Assembly (NCBI GenBank): GCA_043228905.1
Contig: JBHGNT010000002.1
Location: 26,288,001 to 26,352,000 of the forward strand
Direction of reading: 5' to 3'
DNA length: 64,000 bases
From: Azolla caroliniana
Taxonomy: Eukaryota; Plantae; Polypodiophyta
Part shown: one piece after another, positions 41,901-53,100 of the stretch
How the letters are laid out: every line of letters begins with the position of its first letter
Numbering within the stretch: position 1 is the stretch's first letter
Notes under the pieces: generated by a model
The model's database searches: none
Told to the model about the DNA's origin: nothing
The model's input: the letters and a program-made list of their open reading frames with translations, nothing else
Translations under genes and position numbers: made by a program

Positions 41901-44900
41901 TCCATAACATCCCTCATATTTATTTCTTCTTCTTCTTTGAGTAGCCAACCATTTGTCTCCTTTTTTCCATTTCCATCCTCACCAATACGAGGACACTCTC
42001 AAACAGCCATATATTCTCCCCATTGACCTATCATTTAGAAAGTAAGCAACCCTTGTGCACCTAGTTAGGACAATCGATTTATAGCTTTAGAGGAGGGATT
42101 CATGGCTTCCAATGGCACTATTATCTCTTCCACCATTCTGCAACTTCCGAAGAGTCTATTCTATGGAGCCAACTATCTAGATTGGGAATTTCACATGATG
42201 ACATTGTTGCAATACCATCGTTTGTGGAGTATTGTAAAAGGAATGGAGCCCAATCCTAAGGCTACCTCTATTGTTTCATCTATAAGACCCACACAGGATG
42301 CAATCGACTCTTGGCCAGACAAAGATGAATGTGCTCATGCTTTCAAGCTCTTCAACATGAAGCCTCAAGTTGCTTGTCAATTTCTCAGCAAAGATGACAA
42401 GAAAGCTAAAGAATTCTGGGATGCAGTCCAACAAATGTGGCAAAGGAGTAGACTATGAGGACACAGTTTCTCCCACAACAAAGTATACTTCTGTCCGATG
42501 TGACCTACAACTTGCTGCCCACTACAATTGGTGTATATTCCAAATGGATGTCAAGTCTACCTTTTTGAAAGGCGAACTAATGGAAGAAGTTCCCCCTGGT
42601 TTTGAAATTTCAGGTCAGGAAGGTATGGTTTATAAGCTGAAGAAAGCATTACATGGCTTGAAAAAAACTCCCAAGGCTTGATATGACAAGATCAATTCTT
42701 TCTTTGTTTCCCTTGGATTCGAACGATGTTTTGCTGACAGAAATTTCCACGTCCTACCTCAAGATGGTTTGATGTGTCTAGTTATTCTATATATAGATGA
42801 CTTGCTAACTACAAGTTCTTTTGAAGCCAAGATAGAGTAGCTTCACACTGAGTTAAACGCGACATAATGGTAGATTTATGATTTCCACTTTTCTTCTTGG
42901 GCATGTAGGTCTATCATTCACACGACACAATGGTAGATTTATGAAACCGATAGCATGAATGATTGCAAGCCTCTATCACCTAGGACTGAGAGGAGGTGTT
43001 GGAGATTGCTGGCAATAAATAGAAATGCTAAATCTTCAACCAGCTCAAAACAGCTGAGTCACAATACTTCAAGAAGTGAAACTGTTGAATAGAACCCTAA
43101 AGTTAATGTTCATGATAACCAATCACTAGAGATATACTAGAGTCTAGGTCCAAATAATAAACTATATGGTATGAGCCTCTATACCTGGGATAACTAAGTT
43201 TTAATTCTAGGATAATCCTTCTCATCAGATCAACTACACTATCTTATCAAGACAGTGTTGACCATAGATATTTTGAGTATATGAAGAGACAATTGTTACA
43301 ATAAAAAAAAGTTCGTTTTAAACCTCTTCTGATTGTGATGACCTATTTTTTCTAGATATGAAGACCTTCGATGTATCATTTTAGTATTCACATTAGTATT
43401 ATTTACACAGGGGAAAGTTACTAGGGCTACCAAAATTATTTCACACATAATATTACTGACTACAATTTAAATGAGAACAGAGGATATGAAGATACCTATG
43501 CTCAGTGCTTCAAGAAAAAGTAATATACGAGTCTAACCTGCGAACTAGAATGTCACAAAGGAGGAGGACATGTTGGTCATCAAGCAGAGACTTCAATATT
43601 CCTTCTGCTTTTCTAGCAAGGGTTTCCTTTGCCTCTTGGATTGTAGGAGATGTTTGTCCTAAAACTCGGCCTGTGCCCATGACTGTATATTCTTTACACT
43701 GAATGACTGTCTGAATGAAGATCATACTGTATATCAAAAGCTGCTCAAAGGAATCAGCATAATTCTGTGGTTCGGTGATTAGCCAATAACACAGTTGCAA
43801 CAATGGAGGAAGTATAGTGTCATCAATGAAAGTATAAGGGTGTACTGTCTGAACATCCACAAGGGTTTTTAACAATTTTAAGCATGCTTTCTCAAAAAAT
43901 CCCCGTGATGGATGGCCTTCTTGTAATGCGGACCCTGCATGACAAATTGTAAAAATCACATATGCGTAAATTTGGAAAGGAAATTGGCCCTTTATAAATA
44001 CAATTAATTTAAAAAAATTGTGTATGTTGTGAAAAGAGATAAAAACTCATTGTCAAAGTCACTGAAGCGATTTCCTCACCATAGCCTACAAAGTATTTAA
44101 TTTGCTGCACAAAGTGAGGACAGACTTGCTTTACTGCAGGAACCTCCTGGAATATAAAATCACTATCAGAAGTTGGCCCTTACTAAGCGAGTATTTAATT
44201 TGCTGCACAAAAATATATGTTCTGATGTGTGGGATACTAGTGTTAAATATTTTCACCTGCACAGTTTTAGCATCACTCGGAAAACCAAACTTCAGCATTC
44301 GCCGCAGAGCTTTAAGGCAAAGAAGCCAACGCTCACACCTCAATTCCAAAAAATTTCTACTTTCAAGTGAAAGTAAGCTACTCTCTGGGTTGGGCAACAG
44401 ACTTGAAAATTCCTTTAATAAGCTTTGGGTATCCTCATGCCAATGATGCCAAGTGTAGTCAAAAAGGTGGGATGTCACCTGCATTTCCACAAAGTAAATT
44501 ATACATTATGCATTCTGTAGATATTAATCAAAATCTTATTATATATCTAGAAAATTGATGATAGAAGAGTGTTTTTACAATTTAAGGAAAGTAATGACAT
44601 AATTACTGTCGTAATACTATTAGTCAGTTGTGTGTAAGCTGGATTTTCATTACTGGGTCATCAAAGAGTCATTTGGGTGACCTATGACCCAGAACAAAAG
44701 TTGAAAATTTTCTCATGTCCTCCCAAGCTTTCATCAATACATAACTTAACAGTCATGTTCCAAATTATTATTATCCACATGAACATTTGGAAAATAAATT
44801 AAATAGATCACACAGTCAAAGAAATCATAAGTACAATCACAAACAGAGTGTAATAGAGTACTCCAAAGTCATGGCAAGCAGAACCTCATTTCTTTCTAGG

Positions 44901-47900
44901 AAGAAAAACCCATCAATATTCACCTCCATAAGATTTTTCTGATCTGCAATCAATCTTTTGGTAGACAATTCTTTCAAAACTTGGTTCAGCACCATATACA
45001 CCCTTTCACTCAGAAGAACATCTCCCGACTGAAGCTTTTGTACCAATACTGCAAATATGTCTGGCCTGAAGAAATAACTCCACAGATGTAGTAGATAAAT
45101 AAAGGAAAAAGAGAAATAAATAGCTCATTTACATCATTTCAAAAATGAAATTGATAGTCATGTGATCATCATCCAAAGATTTTACATCAAGCCAGTCCTT
45201 GTTTCATGTAATAACATCATTGACATGTCACGACATAGACAAGTGTCATCACAATCTTGTAAAAACTGCCTCTCTAAGTAGACAAGAAGGTGACCTTGAA
45301 AAGTATGTGATGAAAAACAGGTTCTGGTGTCCTGGTTTTTGTAAACGGTGTTGGAATTAAATATGAGTCAAAGAAAGAAGACAAAGGACATTGCTCCTTG
45401 TCATTAGAAGCTCTTACGAAGAAGTTTTGCAAGAAAAGATGCATTATGGAAAGAACTTTGATGCACCCTTTCTTGCGAAAATTCTTCATAAGAGCTTCTA
45501 GTGACAAGGAGCAATATTCTTTGTCTTCAAGTGGAGCACACAGCCCAGGTGTATAAGAAATGTATGGTAACTACATCACAAAGTTTAAAGAAATTTCAAT
45601 AGATCAAACCTCTCAAGAATGAAGCAGAAGATCAAGAAATTAAAACTTTGAAGCTGCTCGAGAAAATGCTATGACATTTGGGAGATCCATTCAAAATTTC
45701 AGTGTCATCAATTGGTCAAGCTTTCATACATCAGCATTACATTAATTCTATCCAGCCGTTTGGTGATAATGTCTTATAAATTCAGTAGACATCACTTCAA
45801 ATTTATTACCAGCATGTTTGGCTATTCCAATTTTCTCCTAGATACATGAATGTCAGTCATTGCAATGCCATAGCTCTCTATATGGAACAAACATAGTCAA
45901 ATTCAAAACAAATTGCTCTTCAGCTCAGTATGTAATATGCTATTGCAAAGGTTTCAGTCAAGAATAATTCATATTTAAGGATTTATTTGGGATTTTACCA
46001 TTCTTTTGGATAGTCGATGCGTGCAATCTTAGATATCACTAATGCCAGCTGTAAGGCAATCTGAGATCAATGAGCAATACAATGCATTCAGAACTTTAAA
46101 GCTGATATTGATATGCCATAAATGTTTATAAAGTAATCTCTTTTATGTACAGAATAGAGGAAAATGCCATAATGCTAAACAAGGATGGATTGTTGATGTG
46201 ACCTGATTGTCTTCTTCTCTAATGAGTTCCAACAGCTTATTTCGCACATAAGACCTCTCGGAATCACTTAATGCCCTGGAAATCAAGCCCATACATCACA
46301 GATCAGTTGTACATTCACTAAAACAGTTTCTCAGCATACAGCATCATCATCTAACAAGATCCATGTCAGAGTCAAGAACGTCTCATATATACAGCATAAA
46401 TTTTGATAAGCATACTGGATTCAGAAGTGCTGGGGAAAGACTTGATGATAGTATACAAGTTTAATAAGTAATTTCTCCTTGTAAATCTTCATAAGTCTGG
46501 CTGAATCTTGTAAAGGTACAAAGGGAATCTCCAGTGTTCAAGAAACAATGGATGTGTTCACTAAAACAGAAGTTCAAACATATTTGAGTTTCCAAGTGGA
46601 ATAACTCATTAAGAGAACGAAATTCAACGTAATTATATAACTCTTCTACTAGTTCCCTTGGTTTTGTGGCATTTTCTATAAATTTCCTCTAAATTAATAA
46701 AGACAAAGTTTCCCAAACACCATCTCGTACTCATAAAACATTTGCTCTTCCCATTTCGTGGCTATTACGAGAAATTGGATATAGAAAAAGTACTCCATGG
46801 CCAGCCAATAATTGAAAAACAGATTTAGAAGGTGAAAAGGTTTCATGAACTTACGAAGAATCTCTCCGAAACCTCCAATATCGATTGATGCTATTCTTGA
46901 GATAAACAGATGCTAACCACCTGGCACTGCGTTGAACACTGGAATCTCTGGAAGCTATGATCTCCTGAGTATAGACCAAATGCAAGGCTGGGTAAATAAT
47001 CAATTAGCACCTTTCAACTTTCATCAGGAAACATCTAAATTCTATTCTAGATAATATTTCCAAGACAATCATATCAACTTGCTTACCAACAAGATAGAGT
47101 AGGCACAGTATACTGTCCAGATCTTGGTTACAAGAAATCAAGATCCAAAAGTATACCTATCACATCTTGATTTGATAAAACTTGAAAAAATTAAGTTTCA
47201 TACTTTCATTAGAAAATATGTCACATTAGAAGCTTGCTTGGTTGTCTGATATCTTACATCCATAGCCTACTTTAGATCATCTTTCCGTACAAATCATATC
47301 AGCTTACTTACCAGCAAGATAGAGTTGGAACGGTGTTACACATCTTGATTATACCAAGCAGTATATCTTTAATTATTTATTAGAAAACACATCAAACTAA
47401 TATAGGAGCTACTGTTGATGCATTAACAGCCTACTTGAGTTCATCATTGCAAGAAAATCACATAGAATTAATTACAAACATGACAGAGCTGAAACAGTAT
47501 ACCTTTAGTATCTTCATTACTAAACATCTTTTACTCTTTTGAGTGGAAAACACATACAATTAACAGTTTCCTTCATCTTCTGAAGACTAATGTAGGTCAT
47601 GTTCACCAGACAAATCATAGCAAAGCTTACTTAGAAGCAGGATAGGGAAAACATGGTATAACTTCTGCTCTTTTGAAAAGAAGACACATTAAACATGCAG
47701 TCTTCTTCAATTTCCATGGCCTAATTTAGGCCATCTTTACTAGAGATTTCAATATCACTAACCAGCAAGATAGAGAAGAAATCAAAAAACGTCAAACAGT
47801 ACACTTTTCACTCTTCTGACAATAAAATACATCAAAAAATATGTCTGATTCTTCTTCCATAACCTAATTTACATCATACTTCCGAGAGAATCACACCAAA

Positions 47901-48296
47901 CGTACCTACAATCAAGATAGAGCAAGATAGCATACAACTAATGCGACTAACAGTCTGGTTCTTCTGCCATGACTAATTTAGGTCGTCATCTTTACGATAT
48001 AAATCACATCAAAGCTCAGTTACCAGAAATATAGAGAAAGTAGCAGTATAATTTTCCAGTCTTTTGAATAGAAAACATAACAAACTAGCTTTCATGTACA
48101 TATCAAACAAATCTAGGTCATTTTTGCGCGAGGAATCATACCAAATGTTACTTACCAGCAAGATAGAGCAGAAACCCGGTCTGCATTCACAGGCCACCAT
48201 GGCAGCTTCAGCAGGCTTACGCAAGGACTCGTCCTGGCTCAATGCATTCTCGAGTAGGGTGTAGATCGCTACGAGGTCTGTAGAGGAGAGCGCCAT
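32918..48296 (-). CDS. KA120: Importin-11 / karyopherin KA120 (importin-beta family), 23 coding exons, apparently intact
   Basis: Start MALSSTDLVAIYTLL..RKPAEAA..RPGFCSILL. IBN_N motifs ASVYLKNSINRYWR and ISKIARIDYPKEWP; KELSTKRL; LRPCAESLY; LLLKEAAY; ILRRRVAWLLGQWV. C-terminus ADPINNISV..LHPSLLNQLQQMLGT* with stop at 32918-32920. Exon phases join without stops; one GC-AG intron (38136-38054). Confidence 0.93.
33600..33960 (+). mobile_element. Degenerate LINE reverse-transcriptase fragment in KA120 intron 21
   Basis: Traces of IFKSADP (cf. IFKSGDP), TLDHIMT and FQKAFDTV (RT DFxKAFD motif). Confidence 0.5.
36426..36595. repeat. About 89-bp degenerate tandem pair with TG-rich tails
   Basis: aagaatgtc(t/c)ttttgtttc(c/a)ttggatg(g/a)ggtgc occurs twice. 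Confidence 0.75.
39180..39655. mobile_element. Foldback/MITE-like insertion with inverted GGTTTA/AACCT-rich ends and an internal tandem duplication
   Basis: aggtttaggtcttggatgaggtttaggttca (about 39257-39287) is inverted relative to tgaacctgaacctcatcctagacctagacct (about 39612-39642). The aggtatgtgttca...cctgactcct...ttaacatata block occurs twice. Confidence 0.5.
41475..43010 (+). mobile_element. Internally deleted Ty1/copia element in KA120 intron 8 (antisense to the host gene)
   Basis: Putative 5' LTR TG(41475)..CA(41879). tRNA-iMet PBS TGGTATCAGAGC at 41880. Gag N-terminus (GANYLDW..LWSIVKG) is fused directly to RT (GVDYEDT, QMDVKSTFL, YKLKKALHGLK, LYIDDLL). PPT gagaggagg followed by TGTTGG at 42988-43002. 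Confidence 0.85.
45377..45528. repeat. 152-nt long inverted repeat (hairpin) in KA120 intron 4
   Basis: 70-nt arms (45377-45446 and 45459-45528), 61/70 complementary, 12-nt loop. Confidence 0.92.
47040..48180 (-). repeat. Degenerate tandem array (about 8 units, 114-225 bp) derived from the KA120 exon-1/intron-1 junction
   Basis: ttaccagcaagatagag-like cores at about 47083, 47308, 47472, 47631, 47759, 47906, 48020 and 48152 (the real junction), each preceded by cctaatttaggtcatc..aaatcatatc-like sequence. Confidence 0.8.
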
Positions 48297-49725
48297 AGCT
48301 GAGCTCCGATCGTCTGAGAGAATCAGAAGAAGAAAGGAGGAGGAATGGCTTTCGCTTTCTTCACTCTCTTTCTCATGAGAATTTGGTTTGTTCGATGAAA
48401 AATACATATATGTATGTATAATGTACATAATACATATATATGTGCCTTCCTTCTCAACGAAAAAAGATGTTCCAAACTCATTCTCCTTCTTTAAGCGAGT
48501 TGTAGTGTGTTTCTTCGCACTCCGTAGGAGAAGGAGAAGGAGAAGTGTCATTTTCTGATGTAGTGCATGATCATCTCAGTTGGTTGGGGCCCCGTTGTCA
48601 CACGAAAGAGATTGGCTTGTATCGTCGACACAGAAATGGCCGGAAAGATGGGGGGATGGATGTTGATGTGATCTAGAATCACCCCCCATCAAATATGCTA
48701 ACTACATGATCTCTCCGGCCCGAGAATAGTGCGATGAGATATTCTCCATGTATGGATTGCTTAGGGATATGTGTGCTTAAGAGGTTGGGGTGGGTGTCTT
48801 CAACTTATGGAGAAAGACATTGATAGATAGATAGATAGATAGATTATATTATCATCTTCGGAGGTCAAATATGACCTATGAGACCAAAAATATTACATTT
48901 CACGTGATACGTGTGAAAGTGAGTAGCGACTCTCGATGTTCAAGAACTTTACGAATGAATGCTGCAATCGAGAGTGCACATTGTAGTTGTGAGAGAAATT
49001 CGTGCAAGGATTGGGCTCGATCAAAGAGATGTGGAAAGCATGGTCGAATATGATCAAAGGCAGAGCATTGTATCCCAACGTGTGATACTAAGACTCGCGA
49101 ACTTGTTTAGGGCAATGTGTGCATAGTCGGCCATTCTCATCACTTGTGTCCCAACGCCCCATCTCACATTGCAATGCATGTGAGCTAAGTCGCATGGAAG
49201 CAATGGTTTGAATGGCAGATAACGGGATGGGCTCTAACATGTATCTATCTGTATGGTTTCCCTGTTCCGCGAAGAATATGGTTTTGTAGTTAGGTGCAAC
49301 ATGTGTAGTATAATGCGTGAAGCGTGAGCTCCCACATTTGTCCCATGTCATGATACATTGGCATTGCAAAAACGCCTCATTTACTAAGGAATCTAGTGAT
49401 GCATCATGAAACAAGTGTCTTCCATCCCATCTACCAAACCATTCTTCTATATATTGCATCAAACCGGAACACAAAAAATTGCTTTTATGCACCTTTTGGA
49501 TATTTTTTCTTGCTTCCCATGCAATTCTAGGAAGTTGATGTGAGGAACTTTTTTGAACCTTAAGCATGTATTCAACAACCCTTTCCATGGCCATGATATC
49601 AATGGGAAGCAATCTCGTCTCAAGGAGGAGGGTGTAGGGCATTTGTTTCTCAACTTGTCAATACTTTGTAAGAAAAAGTTTTTTGACATTTTCAAACTCG
49701 TTCCACGTAGATTTAGGGATGCTAC

Positions 49726-49858
49726 TGTCAGGAACTCTATTAAGGCAGAGAAGGAATTAGTACTAAAAGAAGGATTAGTACTATTGTTGGGGAATAGTAC
49801 TAAGACAGAGAAGGATTAGTACTATGAGAGGTGTCGAACTTTGAGAGAAGGAATGAGT

Positions 49859-49902
<44 letters not shown>

Positions 49903-50192
49903 TGATGCGAAAGATATATGTATTATATGACGGAAGATATACAACAGTAGTTAGAAGGCTTAAGACTGGCGTTGAACCGATTTGGTTCGAACTAATGCCT
50001 TGCGCCTCCTTTTATAGTGTCTTCAGGAATACTCCTGAAGTTTCTAGAATGTTCCAGAGAAATCTGGAATATACATCAATTTCCTAATAAAACCTAAATG
50101 AAAATAATATCCTTCAAATTACAACTCATAACCTAATGGTAAAGTCTCGACCCGTGTAACAAAAGGTTATGGGTTCGAGTCTAGTTATGACA
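49726..50192 (-). repeat. 3' LTR (467 bp)
   Basis: Identical by eye to the 5' LTR except (GA)18 versus (GA)19. Confidence 0.97.
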
Positions 50193-53100
50193 CTATCCCC
50201 CCTTTAAAACGACGAGTTTCACGAGTCGTTTTGGATTGAGGACCCGGTTTCTCGGGATATCGTCGATGGAAGTCTTCTAGAAGAGCACGAGCATTGGTCA
50301 CATTCTTGATCGGTTCCCAAATACGCTCGCTGGGACTATATCCTAGCCAATCGACTAGATAGTAGAGCTTGTTGCGAACAATCTTGGAATCGAGGATGGC
50401 AGCGACCTCATACTCAGGTCCATCTTCGAGCTCGATAGGAGGTGGAGGTTGTATAGTACGTCCTGGGATAGTGCTCTCGTGATAGGGTTCGAGGAGAGAA
50501 CTATGAAACACCGGGTGTATCCGAAGTTGCGGAGGTAGCTCGAGACGAAAAGCGACATCATTAATCTTCCCGATAATACGGAAAGGACCTAATCGTCGAT
50601 AATCCAACTTCTCACATGGGCGAGTAGTCTTGATGTGTCGTCGTAGCAGCCACACCCGATCTCCAATGTTAAAACTGGATGGAAGTCGATGACGATCTGC
50701 GTAGTCCTTGTGTGATTGTTGAGCTTGCTGGAGTTGAGTAGATAAATCCGCTTGTATCTTGCGTAACCGCTCCAAACGATCCTCCGTGCAAGGATTTGTG
50801 GACACTTCTGGGGTTTCAAGGACACACCACCGGGGATGATATCCCGTATAAGCGTAGAATGGCGTGACTTTAGTCGATGCGTGGATAGCGTTATTATAGG
50901 CAAATTCGGCGAACGGAAGAATATCTGCCCAGTCATTCTGATGATAGTTGAGAAAGCACCGCAGATACTGCTCCAGTGTTTGATTTGTTCGTTCGGCTTG
51001 ACCGTCGGTTTGTGGGTGGTAGCCGGAGGAGAGGTTACAAGTGACCTTCAGCATTTTAAAAAGGTGCTTCCAGAATTTTGACACAAACTGGGGTCCACGA
51101 TCGCTGATGATATTATCAGGGAGTCCATGATGCCGACATACTTCCCGCATGACAATTTCGGCGGTGTCTTCACTAGATATTTCTTTAGTACATGGTAAGA
51201 AATGAGCCATCTTCGTATATCGATCCACCACTGTGAGAATCGCACTGAATCCCTTAGAGACTGGAAGATCTGTAATGAAGTCAAGAGCAATGGATTGCCA
51301 TGGCTTGCTTGGAATTGGTAATGGTTCTAATAAACCATATGGATGATGTCTTGGCATTTTCGCTCTGCAGCATGTATCGCAAGTCCGAACAAAATCTTCG
51401 ACAAATTGTCGCATACGGGGCCACCAGAATGATCGTTGTACTAAATCTAATGTTTTAGTACTACCAAAATGTCCTGCTGTATATGTGTCATGGCAGTTTT
51501 GTACTACTCGAAGGCGGCAAGAACCATTAGGAACATACAAAAGTTCTTTAAAGAAGAGTAATCCATCACAGTATTTGAATTGCCGATAATCCGTACCTGG
51601 TGATTGTGATTGTGAACATGACGCTCGAGAGGGGTCAATTTGTGCTAGTATAGCTTGGGCGAAAGCGTCCGTCTTCAAGTCCTCACGTATAGTATTGGTA
51701 ATGTCGGAATCCACGGGCATGTCAAAGATCTGTGCTGCTTGCAGTCGTGCTGGACCCAAGATTACTTGCTTCTGGTTATCGAAAGCTGGCTCACCGGGAC
51801 GTGGTGTTAGATACGAACGCCGTGATAATGCATCTGCCTTCCCTTGGTGCTTCCCCGGACGATATGTAATTTTGAAGTCGAAGCGTGTGAGGAAATGGGC
51901 CCACCGAGCTTGACGTCGATTCAGTACACGAGCATCTTGAAAGTAGGCAAGGTTCTTGTGGTCACTGAATACAGTGACCTGATGAGGAGATCCCTCCAGG
52001 AAATGCCTCCATTGCATAAAAGAATCAACTATTGCTAATAGCTCTTTATCATGAATTTCGTAGTTGATTTCGGCGGCGTCAAACTTACGGGAGTGGAAAG
52101 CCACAGGATGTAGCTTCTCGTCGTTACCCTGTTGTGACAGAATGCTCCCCAATGCGAAATCCGATGCATCAGCTTCGATAATGAATGGTTTTTCCGGATC
52201 CACATGACCTAAAATTGGAGCTGATGTAAACGCCTTCTTAAGACTCTCGAAAGCCATGTCCGTCTCTTTAGACCAAATGAATGATTGTCCCTTCCTGGTG
52301 AGCTGTGTGAGAGGCAGCACAATTTTTGAGTAATTTTGTATGAACTTCCGGTAGAAATTTGCAAAGCCTAGGAAGCATTGCACATCCCGCACCGAACGCG
52401 GAGTGTGCCATTCTATCATCGTTTTGACCTTGGCTGGGTCCATAGATATGCCTTCTGAGGAGATGACATAGCCGAGAAACTCCACTTGGTTGCACCCGAA
52501 ACTACATTTCTCTAACTTTGCATACAGACCATGTTCTCGAAGTCGTTTTAGTACTAATAGTACATGAGAATCATGTTCTTCTTGGGTCTTTGAATAAACC
52601 AGTAGATCATCCAAATAGATGATCAAAAAATCATCCAAGAGGTCTCGAAATATATCATTCGCCATGTGCTGGAAGACTGCCGGCGCATTAGTGAGTCCGA
52701 ACGGCATGACCGTATACTCGAAGTGCCCATATCTGGTGCGAAACGCGGTCTTCCATTCATCTCCTGGTCGGATCCGTACGAGGTTATAGGCTCCTCGTAA
52801 GTCGATCTTCGTGAAGAACCTGGCACCGTTGATCCGTTCTAAAAGACTTGAGATAAGGGGAAGAGCATACCTATTTCTTACTGTGACCTTATTCAAGCCA
52901 CGGTAATCTACAACGAGTCGAAGCGAGCCATCTTTTTTCTTGACGAAGAAAATGGGTGCGCCGGCTGGAGATTTCGAATGCCGAATGAAACCGTTCTCCA
53001 AATTCTCCTCTATATAGGCTCGAAGGACTTCTAGCTCGGTTGGTGACAAATTGTAGATCGGCCCCCATGGCGGCTCTTTTCCCGGTTGTAAGTCGATGGC

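Noticed and set aside
47040-48180. CRISPR-like repeat-spacer array
   Set aside because: The sequence is a eukaryotic intron, the units are degenerate and homologous along their length, spacing is irregular and there are no cas genes.
48297-48551. 85-aa N-terminal extension of KA120 suggested by the 48009-48551 ORF
   Set aside because: The family-typical start is MALS at 48296. The upstream part is low-complexity, UTR-like sequence.
50122-50192. Functional tRNA gene (His/Thr) in the LTR
   Set aside because: The acceptor and anticodon stems do not pair; only the promoter boxes and their spacing are retained.
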